From contig BROI01000037.1 of assembly GCA_027923505.1 (NCBI GenBank), forward strand, positions 62,001 to 126,000: a DNA stretch of 64,000 bases. Reading direction: 5' to 3'. Both the position numbers and the translations under genes were made by a program. Below, piece by piece: positions 11,480 to 21,504 of the stretch. The notes beneath the pieces were generated by a model that had not been told where the DNA came from, did no database searches, and was given only the letters and a program-made list of their open reading frames with translations. This DNA comes from Mayamaea pseudoterrestris (lineage: Eukaryota). How positions within the stretch are numbered: the stretch's first letter is position 1; every line of letters begins with the position of its first letter.

Positions 11480-13023
11480 CTCGTTGTTCCGGATGGTCCC
11501 ATGCGATGAAGGTGGCAAAGAAAGTCTTTGACGTCTTGACTGAACAAAGCAGACAATTTGCATGAACACCGCAATAAAAATTTGTATTTTGGCGGGCAAA
11601 ACCGTCCGTTAGCCGTTCAGTCAGTGTGTGCGTGCCAATGAGAGATGACGAAACGTGCTTGTGGTGCAAAAATTAAAACCGTATAATTAGTGAGCAGGAT
11701 GCTTTAGTTATTGCTTGACGCCAGGGACGGAGCGGGTTCCAACTGGAAGGAACTTCAAGCCTTCGAGAGGCAACCTTTCTTCGCCAAAAGTAGATTAATC
11801 ACTCTTATCATAATATCTTTCTTTGATCAAACCTGTATGGTATGTCAACGTGTTAACACTTAATGAACCTCTATTGTTTGACAATTAAGTGACCGTCGCT
11901 AAGGACTTTTGACATGCTTGGAGCTGCGTTCCGATGCACCAAGCTCCATGTGCCCATCCCTGTCATTGCTGTAGAGGAAACCTCTGGTGAAGGATATTCA
12001 ACTACAAAACCAGAGAAGATTATAGTGAATTGCAAATGCAATCCCACGCAGCCTGCGGTGACAATAAGGCCAGGGTTCAATGCTGCTTAAGGTTAAGGTT
12101 AAAAATGGATTAGGGATAGGGTTAAAAATAAGGAACTTTTAAATTCGATAGGGCTACGTCGTATTTATCTAACAACTGTTTTCAAGGCGCTTCCAACATC
12201 ACCCGTGCTCTAGAAAAAGTGCTGGCGATACCTCAAACGTGTTAAAGGGCTGCATCTATGAAAAGGATGAGTTTTGTGCTAGGTAATGCACAGGGTTTGT
12301 TGGCGCGCTGGGAAAAGACAAGGTCCTGCGCTATCATTTGACGGCACACTTGATGGCAAGCTGCCGTAATGAGGGCCTGGCGTCAAACTGGAAGCTACAG
12401 AAAAGGAGCTACCTGTAGGTCCTGTGCTGAGTGATTAACTGGACTTGGAGCTTGGTCACTTGATGTGAGAATAAATAAAAGCTTGTCCTACGCTAGGTTA
12501 CTTACTAGGTGTAGCGCTTGATGAATAACAGCACGAGAAATGACTGCTGAATGACAAAGTGGGAAGAACAGTGTGTGGCAAGCTTGTGAGTACAAATTTT
12601 CTCGCGTCTGTCACTCAAGATGTCTGAACGACTAGGGTAATGAAACTTCAACGTGCAGAACCCGTCGGAATGCATTTCTTCAAACTACTATAAGGACCGC
12701 ACAAAGCATGCAATTATATAGTAAGCACTGCTCAACACTGAAATAAGTTGAAACATGCTTGCATTTCCAGAAGCGCTGCCATTCAGACCATTTTCCAAAT
12801 GTCAGAATCAAAAATATAAACACGTTGTATTGTCATGCTCATAGTGATTGCTCACGTTGATAGTTTTCTTGTTGCCTTCCACCTTTTAAAAAATAGCTGT
12901 ATAACCACATATTGTATTGATCTGTATAATTTGATCCGAATGTTTATCAACAGTTCAGCGTTTAGAATGATTTCTTAAATAATTTAAATTGACCTTTCAC
13001 GTCGTATTAAGCTTTAAAATTGC

Positions 13024-15260
13024 TTTAAACAGACTACTTCTGTTGCTCAGGGTGGCTGAATTGACACATACACGGCTGACTTCTGGTATACTCGTCTGCG
13101 TATCTGGGCAACAAGGTGCCAAAGCCATCGAAAGCAGCTTGACGTATTTGAAAGTTCAAAAAAATTGTTGAAAAGCTTCAAAAAATGGTCGTGCCAGAAG
13201 AGAGTATCTGGGGGTGCTTGAAATTTGGTTGCGATGTAAGCATTAAGTTCTCACCCTCTGTAACACCCAGTTTGTCAACAGACACTCAACCCAGCAGCCT
13301 GTGATCAAGTGTGCTCTGGGAAGGAGACATAGTCCCGCGCTTAGTGACTTATCTAGTGAAGTATCATTACAATTAACGACATACATGAAGCGCTGCTAAT
13401 ACCTGCTGGGCTGACAAGTGAGTTTCTCCCAGCACTTTGACAGCTTTCACATACATATTAGATTTTAATTCAATAGAGTAAGTGATCGTAGACAATCTGA
13501 AGCCTCAAAGGAACAAGTCTTTATATCAGTGCATCACCAAGCTTGTCATCCTCTGTGGCTCCCAGTCTGTCTCCAGCACCATTTTTCAATATTTTAGTCG
13601 ATGCAGTTGTCCGATATTGACTTTCGCTGATTTCGGACAATATTAAACCAAAATTTATGCATTTTAAAGTGAGAGCTGCCTAGCACAAACATAGCAATCG
13701 CTCGCGTGAATTTTTAACCAGGCGGCCTGCGCTTATTCGGATTAAAGACATGACTGTCAACAAAAACCAATAGTAAATTACTTGCGTACCCTGGCTACGA
13801 TTATGTTTAAACGCTGCTTCCTCTTGCAAACAAGCGACAAATGAAAGGACGCATACACGGCTGACAAGTATACTCGTCTGCGTTACTGCAACAAGGCATA
13901 GTGCAGAACGCAGCAACCTGGAAAGACAAAGTGTAATCATACTCGAAGATCCAAAGCCCATGAGTGCCACTCCTGCAAATACCGCATTGCTTTGCAAGAC
14001 ACTGAATAAAGCGACTGCCTGGTGGACGGATGTGCTCCGACGCGATCCAATCTCCGCCGCTATTTTATGTACAAACATGTCACTGACAGGTTTGTTATCC
14101 TTAAGGAAAAGGCTCCACTACGCTACCGCGCTGTGAACTCTGCGACATGTTTCCGCTCTGAACACCGGCCACCAAACCACAGCATGCTGTCGGGAGGGTG
14201 CTGTCCGGAAACAGCAGCGGCACGCAGCTGAGGATGCCCGCCGCGCACGTGAAGTTGTCTTCACTGCCCGCGGCGCTCCTCTTGATTCGGTTCCGACATT
14301 TGTGTACTTGGGCCGCCCATTGAACTGTTTCGACAGTGACTGGCCGGCAGTGCACAGGAATGTCATGAAGGCGCGCATCCTTCCCAGCCTTCGCACCAAG
14401 TTGCAACTATCCTTCGGGTAGTTTGTCTCACAGCATTCATTTAAGCAGCATGCCATCAAGTGTGCCATCACGTGACTGAAAATCCAGGTGAGCCACTAGC
14501 GCAGGACAAGTCGCTTTCCCAGTGCAAGCTGTTCAGTTTCTGTTGAGGCTTGCAAAAGCCAGTTTATTTTCCAGTGCAGCACCAAGCTTGTCACCCTTTG
14601 TTACTCCCAGTTTTGTCTCAAGTGTCACCAAATATGCCGCCGCCCAAGACTGGTGCATTACAGTGCAAAACCCAACACCAATAGTTAGTTACTAAAGCAC
14701 GCCTAAGCCAATAACTATAATATAGAAATACTCCCAGTTGAATCAGAAGCCAAGCCCGGTGCAACACAGTGCAAAACCCAGTATACTTTTAAATGCAGTA
14801 TAGCTCGTCACCCTCTGTAGTTAATTAAGCACGCCTCAGACTATTGCTATCCGTAACAGTAAGTCAATAAAGCCTTCGGCTATAATATACACCTAGGATT
14901 ACTCCCAGTTGAATTAGAAACCCAACTGGCAAGAATTTGTGGCCCCTAGAACGACTGCTGCATAATTGGTCGGGATTTCGGTCCGCAGTGCTTTTAGTCT
15001 AACCAACCACCTGTAGAGTCATTGTAGCGTAGCAGGCGCTCCTTTGATTCGAACAGTGCCTGCAAAACGGATTCATTGAGTTGCTTCAGTTCTAGCCGCT
15101 GCGACAACCAGCCAGAACCCCAGTTTGTCTCCAAGTCACCAAGTATGCCATCAAGAGGCCTGGTGCATCACACACAGTACCAAGCTTGTCACCCCAAGAA
15201 GTCTAGTTGTAAGTCACCTAGCGAAGCTTTGCCTCCTTCTGTGGCTCCCAGCTTGCCATC
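13024..15260. repeat. Dispersed degenerate repeat family (CACCAAGCTTGTCACCCTCTGT..CTCCCAGT-like and related modules)
   Basis: Related copies near 13251, 13527, 14571, 14803, 15118, 15162; ACTCCCAGTTGAAT at ~14730 and 14901; CAGTGCAAAACCCA at ~14661 and ~14767; ~90-bp diverged duplication 13024-13116 vs 13806-13896. Confidence 0.75.
14013..14376 (+). mobile_element. Decayed fragment of a non-LTR retrotransposon ORF (zinc-finger-like segment plus C-terminal part of the reverse transcriptase)
   Basis: Stitching across two frameshifts gives CLVDGC-TRSNLRRYFMYKH-LPRCELCDMF-ALNTGHQTTACCREGAVRKQQRHAAEDARRAREVVFTARGAPLDSVPTFVYLGRPLNCFDSDWPAVHRNVMKAR; FxYLG...DWPAV..N..KAR is the LINE RT domain 7/thumb pattern. 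Not annotated as such in the ORF track. Confidence 0.72.
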
Positions 15261-16315
15261 AGTGTGGCTCAAGCACCAAGTCCAGTCACCTACTGCGAGA
15301 CCCCATCCTTTACACCCTTTGTGCCAGCAGCACCCATTGCGCCGCAGAAGCACTTATCCATTTGTTCAGCTGAAAGTCAGTGCTAACATTGTAGACGCAA
15401 TCAGGTCGTACTGCGCTTTATTGTCGCTCCATATGCAGTCGAAACTGCCACGCAATGTGTCAGGAGACGTTGAGCAGTGGGACAGGGGATTCTTGCTGGA
15501 CAAATCCCGGTCCCTCGGTGCAATTCCGTGTAAGCTTTATGATTTGTTGTGATACCTGACGCTTATTGAATACCGAGTTCGAATGCTATATGCGACGCAC
15601 ACGCAGCAATTGTTGCCGTTACTCTATCCATTTTCTTTTGTGCCGGTCGCGCACGTTTGGACATGATTCTTTCGCCGACCCCGTCCACGCTACGTGGGTT
15701 ACACTGGCGAAAGTCGAAAGCACGATTGTCGTCACATTACGCGTCCATAATCTTGTTGCTGCGCTGCGCTAAAAAATAATGATGTGCCTCGTTAACGATC
15801 ATTCTCATGCTTTAAAGCAGTCAAAAAGGCAATCTAGTATTGTAACAAGCAGCAAGAGCAGTGATAAACTGGGGAGAAATGCTGTCTATCTCGTTTTCAA
15901 CGAAGGGGCAGCGAAATCGCCACGATTGGCGACACTCCAGCAAGTGCAGCCGGTACGTCGTAAAGATACGTCCGTCTAGTATGCATTCCCATCATTCGCA
16001 ATTTCCGCGTGGTCGCGGTTTTAATAATGAAGTTGAAACACACTTTTTTCCATTTGCTAATGAAACACAGTTCGAGTCGACGGTCGACGCGATTTACGGA
16101 TCCCAGTAAGAGTTACTTACACAAATCACTCCGGTTTGCCTTGCCTCACCTTACTTATCTGTCATTTTCAATAACTCGATCATTACTATATCAACTGTAC
16201 AGCATCATCAATCGACGCAGCGCCAGCCTCCGCATTCTCCTCGAGGAGGTAAGAATCGAGTTGCAAGCTCTTCATACAGTCTGATAATATATACTCGTCT
16301 CTGACTCTATTATTC

Positions 16316-17194
16316 ATGTTGTGCGCAGGTGCTCACGTCTTGACCCGCTTGCTGGAGGTCTTGCAAACCGCAATGGTATTGTTGAGCATTATGGAGCATT
16401 ATGCTTTGCATGGAATCATTGATCTCGATCCCTGCCGCGAAGAAGCCGAGGACCTCCTCTACCAGTTTGTTGGGCGTCATCACGCGATTTTCAAAGGCAT
16501 CGACGTTGCAACGGACATTGAACAACTCGTGGTAGATGGCAAGTGGCAGCATTGGTTTTCGCGTATGTTTTACATATATGGCCCGAAATTATCGCCAATG
16601 CGTGAAGTGGATTTGGGCCGCGATGCAGCAAAGTTTACGACCTATCTCGAAAAAGTCACTCCGAGTTCTTTTCTACTACTAAACTTGATGCACTTCTTTC
16701 TGTTGCACCAATTGGTTACGGATCCTTGCCATTTGGTTGTCATGTCAATTTTCCGCATTTTCAAATCGTCGCAGGACCTTTCGCTCAAAGAATACGACAC
16801 GCTCTTCACCCATGCTAAGGCACTCAAGCATGATGGATTATGGGATACCTTCTACTTACAGATGCTTGCAATTTATCGCCCTGAACTTTCTCGGTACATC
16901 GTCATTGAAGAGGACTTGATCGTTTCCGATACAGCAAGCAGCAGCCAGTTGGGTGGGAACTCTGATATGGACGCTGAACATGACCATACGTCGTCGAGTG
17001 CTTCGGAACGCGGCGTTTCTACTCATGTATCGACACCTGTCGACACAAGTCATCCGTCAAGTCTTATGCAGACCCTTACCAATGCGCTCGACAGCGTTGC
17101 GGGAGCATTTAGTGATGCCTGCAACAAGTATGATGCTGTCAGTGACAACAACACAAACAGCGACGGCTTTGGCAGTTCGAGCGCCAGCAGCTAG
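16316..17194 (+). CDS. Hypothetical protein (probably last exon of a spliced gene; 5' exons unresolved)
   Basis: 292-codon open frame with globular-looking N-half and Ser/Asp-rich tail; acceptor GCGCAG near 16328 and upstream GTAAG donors near 16106 and 16249. Confidence 0.5.
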   Translation: MLCAGAHVLTRLLEVLQTAMVLLSIMEHYALHGIIDLDPCREEAEDLLYQFVGRHHAIFKGIDVATDIEQLVVDGKWQHWFSRMFYIYGPKLSPMREVDLGRDAAKFTTYLEKVTPSSFLLLNLMHFFLLHQLVTDPCHLVVMSIFRIFKSSQDLSLKEYDTLFTHAKALKHDGLWDTFYLQMLAIYRPELSRYIVIEEDLIVSDTASSSQLGGNSDMDAEHDHTSSSASERGVSTHVSTPVDTSHPSSLMQTLTNALDSVAGAFSDACNKYDAVSDNNTNSDGFGSSSASS

Positions 17195-17582
17195 AACGAT
17201 GAGTATTAAACGATGATTGAGTTGGTTTACGACATAACAGAGCTGTAATTTCGCTGTCTGTTTTATATTTATTGTTTCTTAGCAGTCGCCAGTCTCACAA
17301 CCTACTTTCTTAGGTGAAAGTGCAATAAGCGTCACTTTTAACGCCTTTATCACGACAGAACGGCAGGCGCGGAAAAAACTATCACGGTACATACAATGCG
17401 AAAGCTCAGTTCGAAACATGGAAGAGCCGATGGGTCATTTGAGTTTCTATGTTGCTGCTGCTGAGACGGCGCGTCATGGTTTTGTTGTTTGCATGATGGT
17501 GCTCTCGACTCGATTCGCCTGCGAAACTCGCTCCAGAATGCGAGGTTCCAATCTGTATGGGCACAGCACGCTCGTGTTCACA

Positions 17583-18605
17583 TTACTTTAAAAACCTAAA
17601 GATTCCTTTGGAAAGCTTTCTGGCGGCATATGCAGCGCTGCGTGAGAATCCAGCTGTCACCAACCCTTTGATGGACTGATAGCGAGCGGCCGGCGCCACA
17701 ATCTTTGCCAATGAAGTCTGCAGATTATGCTGGTGACGTAGCGGTAGTGGTAAACTTTTGCAAAGGTGATGCATCCCCGATTCACTTGCATCAAACGTCA
17801 AAACGTTGCAGTCGCCAGATGCTACTTGCAGTACACCTTGCTCACGCAACGCATCAATGCTCGGCTGGTACAGAGTTTGGAAGCGTTGCAACTGCCCGGG
17901 CGCTCCCACCAGTTTGGCAGTCTTGTTTGGATCTTCTGCTCCAATCTTTGTTCGAAAGTCGCCAGAATATGACAAGCCGGCAATATGCGTAAACACTTGG
18001 GTTGGCGTGCATGTCACGACGTTTCCAGTGCTAATTTCATTCTGTGCCATTATCAACAACGAGGCCGATAAAGCAGCTGGTAAATTGTGCTTCTCTTGAT
18101 AATGCTGGATGGATTCAAAGTCGTTATTGCTGTCATTGGATATGATTTCGGCCGTGGGCTTGTGCATGCGACCTGCAAGGTACAAGTATTTCCAGTCGCG
18201 TAAGTCACTGACAAGGTCTTCCTGTTGGACCACGCCGTACTTGAGATTATCCGTGACATTGAAATACACTCGGGGATTCCTAAAAAATGACGTTTCAAAA
18301 GCATGTTTCTGCCACCATGTTACGCGAGCTGCTGCATCGGATGAAAACAGGAGACTCGTGTTATAGTGATGCGAATTGCGCTGTATATTGGCTCGGTGAA
18401 ACTTATAGCTGTCTTTGACCACTAGTATGATATCCACAAGATTCTCTTGCGCTTCTGACGATGATTTGGACAATACAAGATGTTGCGTAAAGACTCCAGA
18501 TCCGTATCCAAACGCGTAGACAACCTCGTCGAGTGGAAACGTGTCTTCGACGAGCTTTCGAAGGCGTTCAGCGGAAGTAATTTGTCCATTTTCTAAGTTT
18601 TCCAT
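17583..18605 (-). CDS. TAM41: Mitochondrial phosphatidate cytidylyltransferase (Tam41/Mmp37)
   Basis: YAFGYGSGVF, VDIILVV, LKYGVV, DLRDWKYLYLAGRMHKP, GLSYSGDFR, AEDPNK motifs. Confidence 0.94.
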   Translation of the reverse strand: MENLENGQITSAERLRKLVEDTFPLDEVVYAFGYGSGVFTQHLVLSKSSSEAQENLVDIILVVKDSYKFHRANIQRNSHHYNTSLLFSSDAAARVTWWQKHAFETSFFRNPRVYFNVTDNLKYGVVQQEDLVSDLRDWKYLYLAGRMHKPTAEIISNDSNNDFESIQHYQEKHNLPAALSASLLIMAQNEISTGNVVTCTPTQVFTHIAGLSYSGDFRTKIGAEDPNKTAKLVGAPGQLQRFQTLYQPSIDALREQGVLQVASGDCNVLTFDASESGMHHLCKSLPLPLRHQHNLQTSLAKIVAPAARYQSIKGLVTAGFSRSAAYAARKLSKGIFRFLK

Positions 18606-18966
18606 GGATTGAAGGGGGAATGCTAGGCGTTGCGTGCTTTATTGCTGCTATGGGACCTCCCTGGGTGCAGGCAGGGTGATGGTTTTGTGTTTTGTGCATG
18701 GCGACGCTTGCGGTCGAACCGGTTAAATCGCAGCGGTTTTTGTCGGACCTTCGCAACGGTACTCACTGCAAATCGACGATTTCGAATATCGACGACCATG
18801 ACGCACTCTGTGTGATGCGTCCAACATCGGCAGACAAACTTATCTCTTCATCCACCCCGAAATGCAGCAGCGAAAGCACTGCTTTTTAGTCTATATCTTC
18901 TTTTTATTTGTGTTGGAACAGATAGAATCCGAGCGGCTTGACTGTGAGCCGAAACGTACAGCTCGA

Positions 18967-20003
18967 ATGACTTCGATAGCATCGCCGCAGCAAAACAAAC
19001 AACTGCCAAGCAATCACCATGACCCGGCATACTTCTACGCGTCTCTACTAGCTGGTGTTGGTTCTGGAGCTTTGTCAAGTGTGCTCTGTGCCCCACTTGA
19101 CTTAGTGAGAACACGCATGCAAGTTTATGGAAGCGTCATGAAGGTTGGTCGAGGGACGTCGAAAGTCATTCCAACCATGATGAGGGAGATTTGGCTAACG
19201 GAAGGCTTCAAAGGGTTCTTTCGGGGGCTGGGTGCGACGCTGCTTACTGTACCAGTATTCTGGGGTGAGAAAACAACAATGGACCGGCGTATGTACTTTT
19301 ATATGCATTGCTGACCATGTCTTAATTGTTCCTTCCAGGCGTATATTTTCCGCTCTATGAGGAAATCAAACGAAATTGGTTCTCAGAATCACCTCAAATA
19401 AATCCTTCAATCGTTCATATGGGGTCCGCAGTGGGCGCCGGAACCGTGGCTGACGTTATTTGCAATCCAATGTTTGTGATCCGGACTCGACTGCAGACAG
19501 AAGCCTTGCACGATGCTGCCTCTGGCGTTATGGCTCATCGTCCAACATCTATACTAGATACGGCACGTTCCTTAATAAGAGAAGGTGGACCACGCATATT
19601 TTGGAGAGGCATGACAGCCAACTTGCTCGGCTTGTCACATGTCGCCATCCAGTTTCCAATCTACGAGCAACTCAAAAAGACGTTAAGGGGCGATAAGTCG
19701 GCAGAGTCCATAACAGACTTTTTGCTGGCCACCTTGATTAGCAAAATGTCGGCGTCGCTAGCTAGCTATCCTCACGAAGTGATTCGATCGCGCATGATGG
19801 ACTCTCGATCAAGTGTTGGATTCTTCAAGACATGTTCCACGATATTCAAGCAGGAAGGAATGTTAGGCTTTTATTCGGGATTGCCAGTCACCATGATTCG
19901 TGTTGTTCCAAACACTTGCGTCACGTTCCTTTCCTATGAATTGCTCCTGCGCTATGCAAAGACGCAGATTGACGAGAGGCGGCAAAAAGGAGTACTTAGG
20001 TAG
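18967..20003 (+). CDS. Mitochondrial carrier family protein, NAD+/folate carrier-like; exons 18967-19264 and 19339-20003
   Basis: Three carrier signatures PLDLVRTRMQ, PMFVIRTRLQ, PHEVIRSRM; intron 19265-19338 restores FW-GVYFPLYE; SHVAIQFPIYE resembles NDT1-type carriers. Confidence 0.92.
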
Positions 20004-20164
20004 TATATGCACCATGGATGTCAGCATATGAAAGCATGCATTGCAACGAGGTTGAATGCTTGGAGTAAGAGTATACAGAACATTCAATTTGTCAGGCTTT
20101 GTCATTGCCTTCTGTACGACAGCTAATGCACTAATTATAACATGCCTATACTAGTACGCTCAAT

Positions 20165-20854
20165 TTATTTCTTAGCGGCAGCGTACCATTCCTTGATCTC
20201 CGGAAGGTTCTTGAAACGATCGTGATAGGCCTTTAGTGATGTATACTTGTCAAGACAATCCGTCGGAATATGGTCCATATGACCAAGTGTAAACGAGTCG
20301 AGCTGGAAGTACGCAACACAGTCAGCAATAGTTGGCTCCTCCTTGCTCCCGATCCAGAGTCCACCATTCTTTTCAATCAGATGCTCAATATTCTTGGCAA
20401 GCTCTGGTAGCTTGGTCTCCAACCAGTTAATTCGCATCTGCTTGATACATTCCTGGCCTTCCTCAGTCTTGCCAAATCCTTCCGGATAACCGTAAATTTG
20501 TGGACTCATTGCCATGAAATAACAAGGAGACCAGGAAGTCCAAAAATCGTCCAAAACGCCCAAGGCTTCCTCAATCTCATAGAGCCTTTCGCGAGGATAC
20601 AACGTCTCGCTAAACGTAGCACCAACGTAGCGCAAGATCGCCATGCTTTGCGCCTTGGGTTCGTCTCCATCGACAGTCAAAAGAGGCACCTGTCCGTAAG
20701 GGGTATTGGGCTTCAAAGCGAGCCAATCAGCCCGACTGATTCGGTGGTCCTCAAAGGGTATCTTGCTGAGCGCCAAGGCAAGGCGTATGGGTTCAGCACG
20801 GCCGCCGAAATCAAAGTAAGTCAGCTTGATGGAATGAGTGGCAGCAGATGTCAT
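20165..20854 (-). CDS. Glutathione S-transferase (sigma-like)
   Basis: KLTYFDFGGRAEPIRLAL, TPYGQVPLL, QSMAILRY, PTIAD motifs; ATG at 20854. Confidence 0.94.
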   Translation of the reverse strand: MTSAATHSIKLTYFDFGGRAEPIRLALALSKIPFEDHRISRADWLALKPNTPYGQVPLLTVDGDEPKAQSMAILRYVGATFSETLYPRERLYEIEEALGVLDDFWTSWSPCYFMAMSPQIYGYPEGFGKTEEGQECIKQMRINWLETKLPELAKNIEHLIEKNGGLWIGSKEEPTIADCVAYFQLDSFTLGHMDHIPTDCLDKYTSLKAYHDRFKNLPEIKEWYAAAKK

Positions 20855-21014
20855 GGTTGGTCCGGTACAGTTATAGTAGAGACAAGATGATGTTTTAATA
20901 TTGTAGCCTGAAGAAGCTGGTGAGTTTGAATTGTGAAGGTATTGTGAGTTTGGATATCGGAGATGTTGGATCAAATCACCGCTACGTTTTGCGAATCGTT
21001 TGATCAGGAATCAC

Positions 21015-21341
21015 CGCTACGTTTTGCGAATCGTTTGATCAGGAAAAGGGTTAAACGCATTTAACCCTGGCTTGTTGGGGAAATACCCAAACAACGGCGC
21101 CGGCCGAGCTTTACTGTCCTCTATAATGTACATCGAAATCAGAGGCTATATTATTGAGAACTATTTGTTACAATTGCCCCCTCGGCGTCGAAAGCGACTC
21201 GTTCCGGGTGATGGCAAAAGTGATCCAGCCGATGGAGGCTTGCGCGGCACTATAGGCTTTAGTGTAGCCGGCTGGCGCCGATAAGCCTGGGTTAAATGCG
21301 TTTAACCCTTTTCCTGATCAAACGATTCGCAAAACGTAGCG
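21015..21341. mobile_element. MITE-like element, 327 bp, with 53-bp perfect terminal inverted repeats; adjacent 35-bp tandem duplication (20974-21008 = 21009-21043)
   Basis: CGCTACGTTTTGCGAATCGTTTGATCAGGAAAAGGGTTAAACGCATTTAACCC at 21015-21067 and its exact reverse complement at 21289-21341; no coding capacity; target-site duplication unclear. Confidence 0.8.
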
Positions 21342-21504
21342 ACGAACAACTTGGAATCGAAGCGAAGCTCGAACTCGTTCCGGTCGTGATGGCGCGTTTT
21401 GATTGGCTGAATGAGTCGCGCTCAGACATTCAGATGGCTAGGATTGTCCGAACTTTCCGCTTCACCATGAAGGCAGCTTGAAAGTTTCTGATGAATGAGT
21501 CAAA

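Noticed and set aside
13250..15260. CRISPR-like repeat-spacer array
   Set aside because: Repeats are degenerate and irregularly spaced, the context is eukaryotic, and there are no cas genes
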